Of a stretch of DNA of 64,000 nucleotides, positions 29,454 through 39,503 are shown in pieces. Origin of the DNA: an uncultured Verrucomicrobiae bacterium. GTDB lineage: Bacteria; Verrucomicrobiota; Verrucomicrobiia; Opitutales; JABDGR01. Position numbers and translations under genes: made by a program. Where the stretch lies: contig CAVXVB010000009.1 in the NCBI GenBank assembly GCA_963765205.1, positions 384,001 to 448,000 on the forward strand. The letters are read 5' to 3'. The notes beneath the pieces were generated by a model, which ran no database searches, had not been told where the DNA came from, and saw only the letters and a program-made list of their open reading frames with translations. The first letter of the stretch is position 1; each line of letters starts with the position of its first letter.

Positions 29454-30446
29454 ATGAACACCGCCTTCATCACCGGCATCACGGGCCAGGACGGCTCTTA
29501 CCTCGCGGAGCTGCTTCTCGAGAAGGGCTACGAGGTGCATGGGTTGGTGCACCGGCCGGAGTCGCTGGCGTCCGGCATTTTGGCCAAGCTCACGCAGGGC
29601 GAGACGGCGGCGGGCGCGCGGTTGCATTTGCACATCGGCTCGTTCGAGGACACGACGCACCTGCGCCGCCTCATCATGCGCGCCAAGCCCACGGAATTCT
29701 ACCACCTCGCCGCGCAGTCCAGCCCGCGCCTGAGCCTCGAACTGCCCGAGACCACGATGGAGAGCGTCGGCATGGCGACCGTGCGCCTGCTCGAAATTTT
29801 GCGCGACCTGGACAACCCGCCCAAGTTCCTCTACGCCTCGTCCTCCGAAATTTTCGGCGAGCCGGAAAAAACGCCGCAGGACGAATCCACGCCGATGCAG
29901 CCCTCGACGCCCTACGGCGTGGCCAAGGCGCTCTCGACCCAGATGGCGAAAATCTACCGCGGGGCCTACGGGCTGAACACTTGCGCGGCCATCCTGTATA
30001 ACCACGAGTCGCCGCGGCGCAGCGGGCAGTTCGTCACCATGAAAGTGGCGCGGGCGGCGGCGCGCATCCGGTTCGGCTGGCAGAAAAAATTGCAGCTCGG
30101 CAACCTCGCCGGCCAGCGCGACTGGGGCTGGGCGCCGGACTACGTGCGCGGGTTCTGGCTGATGCTCCAGCAGCCCAAGGTGGACGACTTTGTGCTCGCC
30201 ACGGGCAAGCTGCACAGCGTCGAGCAGCTCGTTGAGCGCGCGTTCGCGGTCATCGGCCTGAATTGGCGGGATTACGTTGAGCACGACGCCGGGCTGGTCA
30301 CGGCGGTCGAGCCGGCGCGCCTGTGCGGCAATCCGGAGAAGGCCCGGCGCGTGCTCGGCTGGGAAAACACGGTGCCGTTTGACGCCATGGTCGAGCGCCT
30401 GGTGGTTTCCCAACTCGAGGTCGCTAATAGCGGAGGACGGGGCTGA
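29454..30446 (+). CDS. GDP-mannose 4,6-dehydratase-like protein (divergent paralogue)
   Basis: [37 protein letters not shown]. Confidence 0.88.
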   Translation: MNTAFITGITGQDGSYLAELLLEKGYEVHGLVHRPESLASGILAKLTQGETAAGARLHLHIGSFEDTTHLRRLIMRAKPTEFYHLAAQSSPRLSLELPETTMESVGMATVRLLEILRDLDNPPKFLYASSSEIFGEPEKTPQDESTPMQPSTPYGVAKALSTQMAKIYRGAYGLNTCAAILYNHESPRRSGQFVTMKVARAAARIRFGWQKKLQLGNLAGQRDWGWAPDYVRGFWLMLQQPKVDDFVLATGKLHSVEQLVERAFAVIGLNWRDYVEHDAGLVTAVEPARLCGNPEKARRVLGWENTVPFDAMVERLVVSQLEVANSGGRG

Positions 30447-30460
30447 GCGGGGAAAAATGA

Positions 30461-30597
30461 ATGGAAAATGGAAGATGGAAGATAGAAAAATAAAACCCCA
30501 AGACCATCCTGGTTTGTTTTTCCATCTTCTATTTTCCATCTTCCATTCTTAAGTCCCGTGTGACATCTTTTTCCATCTTCCATTTTCCATCTTCCAT
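30461..30597. repeat. Heptamer arrays: (ATGGAAR)4 and two inverted (YTTCCAT)4
   Basis: Arrays at 30461-30488, 30519-30546 and 30570-30597. Confidence 0.8.
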
Positions 30598-30606
30598 TAT
30601 TTACCT

Positions 30607-31614
30607 ATGAAACGCGCTCTTATCACCGGCATCACCGGCCAGGACGGCTCCTACCTCGCCGAACTGCTGCTCGAAAAAGGCTACGAAGTCCACGGCATTG
30701 TGCGCCGTAGCAGCAGCCTCAACCGCGGTCGTATTGACCACCTGCGTCCGTGGGAAACCGGCAAGAAGCAGCGGCTCTTCCTGCACTACGGCGACCTGGC
30801 GGACAGTGTCTCGCTGGTCAAAATGCTTTACGAGCTGAAACCGGACGAGATTTACAACCTCGCGGCGCAAAGCCATGTGCGCGTCAGCTTCGACATTCCC
30901 GAATACACGGCGGACATCACGGGGGTCGGCGCGGCGCGCATCCTCGAAGCCATCCGCGAGAGCGGCCTGGCGAAAAAAGTGCGTTTTTACCAGGCGTCTT
31001 CGTCGGAAATGTTCGGCAAGGTGCAGGAAGTGCCGCAAACGGAACGCACGCCGCTCTACCCGCGCTCACCCTATGCCTGCGCGAAGGTCATGGCGCATTA
31101 CCTGACCATCAATTACCGCGAGTCCTACAAGCTCTTCGCGTGCAGCGGCATCCTCTTCAACCACGAAAGCCCCCGGCGCGGCGAGTCGTTCGTCACCCGC
31201 AAGATCACCCTGGCCGCCGCACGCATCAAGCTCGGCCTCCAGAAAAAACTGGTGCTGGGCAATATTGATTCGAAGCGCGACTGGGGCTACGCGAAGGAAT
31301 ACGTCGAGGGCATGTGGCGGATGCTCCAGCAGGACAAGCCCGACGACTATGTGCTCGCCACCAACGAGACGCACACAGTGAAGGATTTTCTCGCCGCCTC
31401 TTTTGGCGCGCTGGATTTGGACTGGAAAGACCACGTCGAGTTCGACGCCCGCTACCTGCGCCCGGCCGAGGTGGATTTGCTCATCGGCGATTATCACAAG
31501 GCCAAGAAGCACCTCGGCTGGGAGCCGCACACGCGCATGGCCGCTCTCGCCAAATTGATGGTCGAGCACGACTTCACCCTCGCGGAGCGCGAGGCCCGCG
31601 CCGCGCAAGCCTGA
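30607..31614 (+). CDS. gmd: GDP-mannose 4,6-dehydratase
   Basis: [42 protein letters not shown]. Confidence 0.96.
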   Translation: MKRALITGITGQDGSYLAELLLEKGYEVHGIVRRSSSLNRGRIDHLRPWETGKKQRLFLHYGDLADSVSLVKMLYELKPDEIYNLAAQSHVRVSFDIPEYTADITGVGAARILEAIRESGLAKKVRFYQASSSEMFGKVQEVPQTERTPLYPRSPYACAKVMAHYLTINYRESYKLFACSGILFNHESPRRGESFVTRKITLAAARIKLGLQKKLVLGNIDSKRDWGYAKEYVEGMWRMLQQDKPDDYVLATNETHTVKDFLAASFGALDLDWKDHVEFDARYLRPAEVDLLIGDYHKAKKHLGWEPHTRMAALAKLMVEHDFTLAEREARAAQA

Positions 31615-31622
31615 TATTGTCC

Positions 31623-32372
31623 ATGAACGTTTCGGTTGTCATTCCCGCGCGGCTGGCCTCGACGCGCCTGCCGCGCAAAGTCCTTGCCGATTTGGGCGGC
31701 AAGCCCGTGCTGCAACACGTCTGGGAACGCGTCGCACGGATGCGCCGCGCCACGGAAATCCTGGTGGCGACGGATAGCGAGGAAGTCGCCGCCGCGGTGA
31801 CGGGGTGGGGTGGGCAGTTTGTGCTGACCTCGCCGGAGTGCCGCAGCGGCACCGAACGCATCGCCTCGATCCTCGATGGGCTGAAGGGCCAGTTCATTTT
31901 GAATGTGCAGGGCGACGAACCGTTTATTGACCCGGAATTGCTGGACTCAATGGCCGAGTCTTTTGCCGCCCACGGCGGCGATGTCGTGACGCCCGTCTAT
32001 CCCCTCCGCAACTACGGGGCGCTGACGAACCCGGCGGTGGTCAAGGTGGTGCGCGGGGCGGACGGGCGCGCGTGGTATTTTTCGCGCTCGCCGATTCCGC
32101 ACCTGCGCGGCGTGCCGATGGAGCAATGGCCCGCGCGCGGCCTGCATTGGGGTCACCTCGGCGTTTACGGTTACGCGCGCGCGAAGCTCGCCGCTTACTC
32201 CTCTTTGCCCGAAAGCCCGCTCGAAGCCGTCGAGGCGCTCGAGCAACTCCGCTTCCTTGAAGCCGGCTGGCGCATCCAGACGGTGGAAACGCAATACCAC
32301 GTCGTCGCCATTGACACCCCCGAGGATTTGGCGCGCGCACGCGCATTACTCGCCCCCTCCACGGTGGCCTGA
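31623..32372 (+). CDS. kdsB: 3-deoxy-manno-octulosonate cytidylyltransferase
   Basis: IPARLASTRLP.K, SGTER, NVQGDEP, YFSRSPIP, LEQLR, IDTPEDL. Confidence 0.94.
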   Translation: MNVSVVIPARLASTRLPRKVLADLGGKPVLQHVWERVARMRRATEILVATDSEEVAAAVTGWGGQFVLTSPECRSGTERIASILDGLKGQFILNVQGDEPFIDPELLDSMAESFAAHGGDVVTPVYPLRNYGALTNPAVVKVVRGADGRAWYFSRSPIPHLRGVPMEQWPARGLHWGHLGVYGYARAKLAAYSSLPESPLEAVEALEQLRFLEAGWRIQTVETQYHVVAIDTPEDLARARALLAPSTVA

Positions 32373-32374
32373 TT

Positions 32375-33364
32375 ATGAAGAAAACAACCAAAACATTCTC
32401 CAAATCCAAGACACTGGCATGCGGGCGCGCTGTCTTGTCCGCCGAAACCCAGGCGTTGCAGGCCGCCACCACGCGCCTCGACGACCAATTCTCGCGCGTG
32501 GTTGAGATGATTTATCATGCGCCGGGCCGGGTGGTTGTCGTCGGCCTGGGCAAATCCGGGTTGGTGGCGCACGCCATCGCGGCCACGCTGTGCAGCCTCG
32601 GCACCGCCGCAGTGTATTTGCACGCGGGCGAGGCCGCACACGGCGACATCGGCGTGGTCGGCCGCGGCGATGTGGTGATTTTGGTTTCGAAAAGCGGCGC
32701 CACCCCGGAATTGGTCCGTCTGGCGCCCGTGTTGCGCGCGCTCGGCGCGAAGCTGGTTGCGCTCACCGGCCATTTGCAATCGCCGTTGGCGCGGGAGGCC
32801 GATGCCATTCTGGACGCCTTTGTCGAGCGCGAGGCCGACCCCTTGGGCCTCGCGCCCACGAGCAGCGCCCTCGTCGCGCTTGCCCTCGGCCATGCGCTGG
32901 CGGCGGCCCTCGCGCAGGTCCGCGGATTTTCCGCGGAGGATTTCGCGCGTACGCACCCGTCGGGCCAGTTGGGCCGCAATCTTTTGCTGCGCGTGGCCGA
33001 CGTGATGCACGGCCTCGACGAAATCGCCGTCACCGCGACCGGAGACAAAATGCGCGACGCGGTGGTTGCGATGACACACCGGCCGCACGGCGCCGCCTGC
33101 GTGGTCGGCCCGCGCCAAAAACTGTTGGGGTTGGTGACGGACGGCGACGTGCGCCGCGCCCTGCAAAAGCATGAGGACATCCGTCCGCTGACAGTCGCGG
33201 ACGTGATGACGGCCCATCCAATCAGCATCATGCCCGAGACGCTGTTGGGTGACGCCCTGCGCTTGATGGAAGACCGCCCTTCGCAAATTTCCGTTTTGCC
33301 GGTGGTGGACGCAAAGGGCCGCTGCCTCGGTCTGCTGCGTTTGCATGACATCTACCAACATTAG
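32375..33364 (+). CDS. kdsD: Arabinose-5-phosphate isomerase (KpsF/GutQ family; SIS plus CBS domains)
   Basis: GLGKSG, EAAHGD, SKSG, APTSS, HPSGQLG, CBS pair. Confidence 0.92.
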   Translation: MKKTTKTFSKSKTLACGRAVLSAETQALQAATTRLDDQFSRVVEMIYHAPGRVVVVGLGKSGLVAHAIAATLCSLGTAAVYLHAGEAAHGDIGVVGRGDVVILVSKSGATPELVRLAPVLRALGAKLVALTGHLQSPLAREADAILDAFVEREADPLGLAPTSSALVALALGHALAAALAQVRGFSAEDFARTHPSGQLGRNLLLRVADVMHGLDEIAVTATGDKMRDAVVAMTHRPHGAACVVGPRQKLLGLVTDGDVRRALQKHEDIRPLTVADVMTAHPISIMPETLLGDALRLMEDRPSQISVLPVVDAKGRCLGLLRLHDIYQH

Positions 33365-34935
33365 TGGACATGACTGCGGCGCATGACACGGCGGTGACGC
33401 CCACCTTGCGGGGCCAGTTCCCCACGCGGCCGGCGGCAGTCACGCCCCCGAGCCGCCGTGAATCCGCGGTGTTTGTTTTGGCGGGTACGGCCCTCGTTTT
33501 GCCGCCCTGGCTGGTCGGCGCGTGGGACAACTGGGCGCAATGGGCGACGCTCGCACTGGCGGCGCTCGCTTTCGCGGCGCTCTTTGCACCGATGTTCGAT
33601 TACCGCGCGTGGCCGCCTTCGCCTGCTGCGCGCGCGACGTGGGCACGCCTGGCGAAGTTTCCGATTTTTTGGATCGGACTGGCGATTCTGGTTTACGGCG
33701 CGCTCGCGGCGATCAACCCTTCGCGGAGACTGGTCGTGGCGGAAGACCAGCAGTGGCTGGAGGATCTGCCGCATGTCCCGTGGCTGCCGCATAGCATTGC
33801 CGCGCCATTTTGGCCGATGAACGCCTGGCGCGCGTTGATGATTTTCGCACCCGCCTGGCTGGCCACCTGTGCGGTTTGGGCTGGTCTCGAAACGGAGCAG
33901 GCTTGGCGGCGCTTGCTTGGCGCGGTAGCGGTAAATGGCACCTTGCTGGCCTTGCTCGGCATGGCCCAGCGATTGAGCGGCACACGTTATATGTTCTGGA
34001 TGTTTGACCCACTGCCCAACAGCCTTACGCCAGATTTTTTTGGCAGCTTTATCTACGCCGGGCATGCGGCTGCTTGGATGGCGCTGGCCTTCGGCGCGGC
34101 CGCAGCCATGATGGACCACCGCCTGCGCCGGCGCGATCCGCACAGGCCGCCGCGCGCTTGGGGCTGGCCCTCGCTAACGGCGTGGGTTTGGCTCGAAGCG
34201 CTCGTGGTCATCCTCGTGGCGCTGAGTTTGTTTGTGAAACCGGACTTTTGGGCGCTCGCGCCGGGCGGCGTGCTGGTGGTGTGCGCCTTTCTCTGGTTGG
34301 CCCGTTGGTGGCGCGCGGGTCAAAAACGGCGCGCGGCGCTCTATGCGCTGCCCACATTATTTTTCATGGCGCTCCTGTTGTTGGCCACCAGCACCGCGCT
34401 CCTGTTGTGGCGTCAAGGCGGCGGGGGCGAGACGCTGGAAGTCAACCCGCTTGATCCGGCCCTGCCCGTGCGCTACGCGATCGCGCGGACCACGGCGGGC
34501 ATGATCCGGCAAGAGCCGGTGTTCGGGTGGGGGCCCGGCGGTTTCCGCTATGTTTCGCCGTATTATTTAATCAGCAATCCGGATTTTTCCGACCCGCGGC
34601 ATATCGGGGAATTGCGCTACAACTCCCACTACGCGGAGAGTGACTGGGTGCAAATTCCCGCCGAATGGGGCATGTTGGGCGCGGGCTTGTTTGCCGCGGC
34701 GCTGGCGTGGTGGACGTGGCAAGCCTGGACGCTGCGCCGCCTGCTACCTGGTGAATCATGGATTATTTTGGGCGCAGTCGCGCTAATATTCGCCGGGGCG
34801 TGGGCCGACTGCCCCTTGTATAATCCCGCGGTCTTGATTGCCGTGGGTGTGTTGCTGGCCACGGCCGTGAAGCTTGGCGAAATGGCCGGGCGCCCACGCC
34901 CTACATTGAGTCATGTGATTGTCGCCTGCCCATGA
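33364..34935 (+). CDS. O-antigen ligase (Wzy_C)-family membrane protein
   Basis: Multi-TM; FFGSFIY, PVFGWGPGGF, YAESDWVQIPAEWG. Confidence 0.8.
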   Translation: MDMTAAHDTAVTPTLRGQFPTRPAAVTPPSRRESAVFVLAGTALVLPPWLVGAWDNWAQWATLALAALAFAALFAPMFDYRAWPPSPAARATWARLAKFPIFWIGLAILVYGALAAINPSRRLVVAEDQQWLEDLPHVPWLPHSIAAPFWPMNAWRALMIFAPAWLATCAVWAGLETEQAWRRLLGAVAVNGTLLALLGMAQRLSGTRYMFWMFDPLPNSLTPDFFGSFIYAGHAAAWMALAFGAAAAMMDHRLRRRDPHRPPRAWGWPSLTAWVWLEALVVILVALSLFVKPDFWALAPGGVLVVCAFLWLARWWRAGQKRRAALYALPTLFFMALLLLATSTALLLWRQGGGGETLEVNPLDPALPVRYAIARTTAGMIRQEPVFGWGPGGFRYVSPYYLISNPDFSDPRHIGELRYNSHYAESDWVQIPAEWGMLGAGLFAAALAWWTWQAWTLRRLLPGESWIILGAVALIFAGAWADCPLYNPAVLIAVGVLLATAVKLGEMAGRPRPTLSHVIVACP

Positions 34936-34996
34936 AATTTTCCGTTCGAAAAGCCCGCCCCGGTGTGGACGACGCCCCGGCATTTTCATATCCAGC

Positions 34997-36535
34997 GTGA
35001 ACCGCGCGACATTCCAAACCGCAGTGGCTTCCCCCTCTGCTGCGATTCCGCCCGAAAAAACGGCCGTCAGCAGCGTGGAGCGTGCCGTGACGGGCTTGGT
35101 TTGCTCCTGGGTCGTCATTGTGCCGTGGCTGCTGGGAGGCTGGTTATGGTGGGTCCAGGTGCTCAGCGCAGTGGTCGCTGCGGTTGCGTTCGGATTGGCG
35201 GTGCGTCCCTCGGATAACCGGCGCACTCTGTGGCGGTTCCCGGTTTTCTGGCTCGGACTGCTGTTTTTGGGCTACATCCTTTGCCAGGCGCTAAATCCCT
35301 GGGGCGGGGCCGTGCAGAGGATTTCGCCGAAAGTGGGTCCGGTCAATGTGTGGGATGTCACGACACAGCCGCATTTGGCTTGGCTGCCGGCGGGGCTTGA
35401 CGCGAATTACACCCAAATGAGCACTTGGCGAATGCTGGTGTATTGGACTAGCCCATGGCTGCTGGTTTGTGCGTGGTGGGCCGCCGTGCGGCGACGGCGC
35501 AGCGGTCGCCGCCTGGCGTTATGGGTTTTTCTTAATGGCATCGCGACGGCGCTCGTTGTCCTGATGCAGCATGTGCATCCGCCCGCCAAGGTTTTGGGCC
35601 TCTATTGGAACCCTGCGTGGGATCCGACCGCGATGGTCCAACTGACGACCTCGGCGGCCTTTGTGAACCATGACGCGGCAGCAGCGTTCTTGTATCTCTC
35701 GCTAGGCGCGGGGCTGGCGGTAGCGTGCCGACTCCAGACGCGTGCGAGCGACGAGACCCGCGACTCCGGCCTGGCCTGGATCGCTGTGCTTGGGTGTCTG
35801 GTTATACTCGCCAGTTTTTTCGCACTGGGAAGCCGGGCTGGGCTGGTCATTGCGGGGGTGTTGTTTGGGCTGGGATTGGGTGTGATGCTGGCGGCGGCGC
35901 TGGCCCGCGGCGGGCGTTCGCCGGGCGTCTGGCTCGGTGGCGCGGTGCTGGTATTGGCCTTAATTGGTTTGATTAGCTATGAATTGCACGGAGAAAATTC
36001 GGCCACGTTGGCCCGCGAGCAATACCTGCATGACCACCCGGAGGAGGACGTGCGCGCGGTCCTGCGCTTCGAATCGGAGCGGATGCTCCAACCGCATTTT
36101 TGGCTCGGTTGGGGTGCGGGCACCTACCGGTATGTCATTCCGCCTTATTTTTACGCCGACAACGAATTTCAAAGCTCCACCACCTATGGCGGATCCACGG
36201 TCTGGACGGACTACGCGCATTGCGATTGGCTGCAACTGCCGGTGGAATACGGCGTGCTTGGCGCCGGTCTTGCCCTTGCGATGCTGTTCTATTGGTATGG
36301 CCATGCATTATGGCTGGCGCGCACGCTCGGGGCGGCGGGCGTCGTCACGCTCTTGGCGACCACCGGCTTGCTCGCGCACTCGCTGGTGGATTTCCCTCTT
36401 TTTAACTCGGCGGTGCTCCTCTTGTTTTCCCTGCTGCTGGCCTCGACCGTCAAGACCGCGGCGCTCAGTTCGCATCGCCGGGTGCGCCAGGCTTTTCCCG
36501 CTGCGGACTCCGGGCCAGGTCGTGGCAGGAATTAA
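34997..36535 (+). CDS. O-antigen ligase (Wzy_C)-family membrane protein
   Basis: Multi-TM; GSRAG, WLGWGAGTY, YAHCDWLQLPVEYG, HSLVDFP; start position uncertain. Confidence 0.82.
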   Translation: MNRATFQTAVASPSAAIPPEKTAVSSVERAVTGLVCSWVVIVPWLLGGWLWWVQVLSAVVAAVAFGLAVRPSDNRRTLWRFPVFWLGLLFLGYILCQALNPWGGAVQRISPKVGPVNVWDVTTQPHLAWLPAGLDANYTQMSTWRMLVYWTSPWLLVCAWWAAVRRRRSGRRLALWVFLNGIATALVVLMQHVHPPAKVLGLYWNPAWDPTAMVQLTTSAAFVNHDAAAAFLYLSLGAGLAVACRLQTRASDETRDSGLAWIAVLGCLVILASFFALGSRAGLVIAGVLFGLGLGVMLAAALARGGRSPGVWLGGAVLVLALIGLISYELHGENSATLAREQYLHDHPEEDVRAVLRFESERMLQPHFWLGWGAGTYRYVIPPYFYADNEFQSSTTYGGSTVWTDYAHCDWLQLPVEYGVLGAGLALAMLFYWYGHALWLARTLGAAGVVTLLATTGLLAHSLVDFPLFNSAVLLLFSLLLASTVKTAALSSHRRVRQAFPAADSGPGRGRN

Positions 36536-36537
36536 TT

Positions 36538-37629
36538 ATGTCAAATTATTACACGGTAATCATGGCGGGAGGCCGGGGCGAGCGTTTCTGGCCCGAAAGC
36601 CTTAAGGCTCGGCCCAAGCACCTCCTGGCGATCGTGGGTGATAAGCCCATGCTTGCTCAAACGGTGGAGCGTTTGAGCGGCTTGGTGCCGACCGAGCGGG
36701 TGTTCGTTTTGACGAATGCGGAGCATGTCGCGGCGGTGCGCGCCGTTTGCCCGGAAATTCCCGCTGAACAAATTATTGGCGAGCCAGTGGGCCGCGACAC
36801 CGCGCCCGCCGCCGCTTTGGCGGCACTGCTGGTGCGGCGTCGCGACCCGGACGGCGTGATGGCGCTGCTGGCGGCCGACGCGGCGATTCACGATGCCGCG
36901 GGTTTTCGCTCGACCATGGAGGCGGCTTTTTCGGCCGCGGCCACGCAGGACTACATTTTCACCGTCGGCGTGCCACCAGCTTTTCCAGCGACGGCTTACG
37001 GCTATTTGCGCTTGGGTCCGAAAGTCGGCGAAAGCATGGGACACTCATGGTTCCATGTGGATAAGTTTGTTGAAAAGCCCGACCGCCCGACTGCCGAACG
37101 TTACCTCAAGGAAGGAACTTATCTTTGGAATGCGGGCATATTCGTCGTGCGCGCCAAGGTGCTTGAAGCCGCTTTGGTCAAGTATGCAACGGTCATCGCC
37201 GACGGGATGAAGGCGGTGGACGCCCTGCTCGACCAAGGGGCTTCCCTCCCCGCCGCGCTGGCGGCGGTCTATCCCGGATTGACGAAGATTTCCGTGGATT
37301 TCGCCGTCATGGAAAAGGCCGCCAATGTCGCGGTTTTCAAAGCGACATTTGATTGGGACGACGTGGGTGAGTGGCCGGCAATTTTCCGCCATGCAGTGAA
37401 AGATCCCGAGGGCAATGTAATTGGGCGGTCTGAGGCTATATTTCATGAGGCCAAAGGAAATATCGTGCGCAGCACCCCCGATCACTTGGTTGCTTTGTTG
37501 GGGGTGAATGATTTGGTCGTGGTGCATACGGACAAGGTCACCCTGGTCTGTCCTCGGGATCGCGCTCAAGAATTAAAGCAATTGCTCCAGAAGCTCGGAG
37601 CAAAACCCGATGGCGCGCAATGGTTATAG
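36538..37629 (+). CDS. manC: Mannose-1-phosphate guanylyltransferase
   Basis: IMAGGRGERFWP, EPVGRDTAPA, FVEKP, WNAG, ISVDFAVMEK, WDDVG. Confidence 0.94.
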   Translation: MSNYYTVIMAGGRGERFWPESLKARPKHLLAIVGDKPMLAQTVERLSGLVPTERVFVLTNAEHVAAVRAVCPEIPAEQIIGEPVGRDTAPAAALAALLVRRRDPDGVMALLAADAAIHDAAGFRSTMEAAFSAAATQDYIFTVGVPPAFPATAYGYLRLGPKVGESMGHSWFHVDKFVEKPDRPTAERYLKEGTYLWNAGIFVVRAKVLEAALVKYATVIADGMKAVDALLDQGASLPAALAAVYPGLTKISVDFAVMEKAANVAVFKATFDWDDVGEWPAIFRHAVKDPEGNVIGRSEAIFHEAKGNIVRSTPDHLVALLGVNDLVVVHTDKVTLVCPRDRAQELKQLLQKLGAKPDGAQWL

Positions 37630-37648
37630 CCATATTTAATCTTCCCTC

Positions 37649-38689
37649 ATGGCGCTTTATTTAATCACCGGAGCGGCGGGCTTTATTGCCTCACGCGTGG
37701 CGGAATTGCTCCTCGCCCAGGGCCATGCCGTGGTCGGAGTGGACAACCTGAACGATTACTACGACGTGCGCCTGAAGGACTACCGCTTGGCGCGCCTAAT
37801 GGGCGATACAACCTGGCAACCCGGCGCGGACGCGCGGCGCTCCCAGTTCGGCGGGCGCGGGCGGCGCACCGCGGGCGGCGGGCGGTTTGTGTTTGAGGCG
37901 GTGGACATTGAGGACCGCGCCGGGTTGGAACAACTTTTCCGCGAATTTCGTTTTGACGCTGTTTTCAACCTCGCGGCGCGGGCTGGCGTGGCCTACAGCG
38001 TCGTTAATCCGCACGTTTACCTCACGACCAACACGCATGGCACACTAAACCTGCTCGAATGCCAGCGCCAGTTTGGCGTAAAGAAAATGGTGCTCGCCTC
38101 GACTTCGTCGCTTTATGCGGGCAGCCCGCTCCCCTTCACCGAGGAGCAACCCGTGAACGCACCGCTCTCGCCGTATGCGGCCTCGAAGAAAGCCGCGGAA
38201 CTTTTTGCCCATAGCTATTCTAAGCTGCACGGCCTCGACATCACCGTCGTGCGCTACTTCACCGTCTTCGGCCCCGCCGGCCGCCCGGACATGAGCATTT
38301 TCCGTTTCATCGAAGCGATTGAGCAGGGCCGGGCGCTCCCGCTGTATGGCGATGGCACCCAGTCGCGTGATTTTACGTTTGTGGACGACATTGCGCGCGG
38401 CACCATCCTTGCCACCCGGCTGCTGGGCTATGAAATCATCAACCTGGGCGGCGGCCGCTCGCCGACGACGCTTGCCGACGTGATCGCCCGTATCGAAAAC
38501 GCGCTGGGCCGGAAGGCAATTATCGCCGGCCATCCGCCCATCGCCGCCGACCTCAAAGCCACGCGCGCCGACATTGCCAAGGCCGCAAACCTCCTGGGTT
38601 GGCAGCCGAAAATCGCCTTTGACGAAGGGCTGGCTGCGACCATCGCCTGGCACCGTGAAAACCGCGGGTGGCTGAAATCCGTATCCTAG
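37649..38689 (+). CDS. NAD-dependent epimerase (UDP-glucuronate 4-epimerase-like)
   Basis: TGAAGFI, DNLNDYYD, LAARAGV, SPYAASKK, FGPAGRPDM. Confidence 0.88.
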   Translation: MALYLITGAAGFIASRVAELLLAQGHAVVGVDNLNDYYDVRLKDYRLARLMGDTTWQPGADARRSQFGGRGRRTAGGGRFVFEAVDIEDRAGLEQLFREFRFDAVFNLAARAGVAYSVVNPHVYLTTNTHGTLNLLECQRQFGVKKMVLASTSSLYAGSPLPFTEEQPVNAPLSPYAASKKAAELFAHSYSKLHGLDITVVRYFTVFGPAGRPDMSIFRFIEAIEQGRALPLYGDGTQSRDFTFVDDIARGTILATRLLGYEIINLGGGRSPTTLADVIARIENALGRKAIIAGHPPIAADLKATRADIAKAANLLGWQPKIAFDEGLAATIAWHRENRGWLKSVS

Positions 38690-38690
38690 G

Positions 38691-39503
38691 GTGAAAAATT
38701 CCATCGGCATCATGCAAGGCCGGCTTTCCGCATCGTCGCCCGCGGGTCCGCAAGTGTTTCCCGCGGCCACCTGGCGCAGTGAATTTGCCGTGGCTCGTGA
38801 ATTGGACTTCGACACGATTGAATGGCTGGTCGAGGCGGGAAGTTTGGCCGTCAATCCCTTGCTTTCCCCTGCGGGCCGCGCGGAAATTAAGAAAACGGGG
38901 CAAGCCTCCGGGATTCGCATCGCCTCCGCCTGCGCGCATTGTGTTTTGCAATGGCAGCCATTTGCTCCGGATGGCGCCAAGCGCCTGGAGGATTTTTCCA
39001 CCCTGCTCAATGCGGCCGGTGCGGCCGGCCTGGAACGAGTCATCGTGCCCATTCTCGAAGCGGCCACCATTGCCAAGGCAGCGTCGCGGGCCCATGCCGC
39101 CGAAATTTTCCGGCCCGCGGCGCGCGCCGCGGAGCAGGCGAAGGTGGACTTGGCCTTTGAAATGGATCGGCCTGCCGGGGAGTGCCGCGAATTTATTGCC
39201 TGGCTTGACTCGCCCCGCGCGCGCTTGTGCTACGACACCGGCAATGCCACCGCGCTCGGCTATGACATTGTTGAGGAAATCAATCTGTTGCTGCCCTTGG
39301 TCGCGGAAATTCATCTTAAGGATCGGCGCGTGGGTGGCGCGAGCCAGCCGCTGGGTTACGGCGACACGCGCTTCGCGGAGTTTTTCCAGATCATTGCGGA
39401 GCGCGCCTGGGCCGGCCCCTTCGTGCTGGAAACGCCGACCCTGGGCGATCCGCGCGGTCAAGCCCGGCAAAATTTGGCGCGGGTGAAAAAATTCCTGTCA
39501 TGA
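38691..39503 (+). CDS. Sugar-phosphate isomerase/epimerase (xylose-isomerase-like TIM barrel)
   Basis: IGIMQGRLS, YDTGN, IHLKD, LET metal-ligand motifs. Confidence 0.85.
   Translation: MKNSIGIMQGRLSASSPAGPQVFPAATWRSEFAVARELDFDTIEWLVEAGSLAVNPLLSPAGRAEIKKTGQASGIRIASACAHCVLQWQPFAPDGAKRLEDFSTLLNAAGAAGLERVIVPILEAATIAKAASRAHAAEIFRPAARAAEQAKVDLAFEMDRPAGECREFIAWLDSPRARLCYDTGNATALGYDIVEEINLLLPLVAEIHLKDRRVGGASQPLGYGDTRFAEFFQIIAERAWAGPFVLETPTLGDPRGQARQNLARVKKFLS

Noticed and set aside
30461..30597. Possible CRISPR array (also considered for 22001-22150 and 14966-15031)
   Set aside because: Units are about 7 bp, tandem or inverted, with no regular 25-45-bp repeat/spacer pattern and no cas genes
31314..31622. 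N-terminal extensions in the ORF track for kdsB (also 29367, 26645, 43980, 49664 and 21126)
   Set aside because: They overlap upstream genes or repeats, and family motifs begin at downstream ATGs
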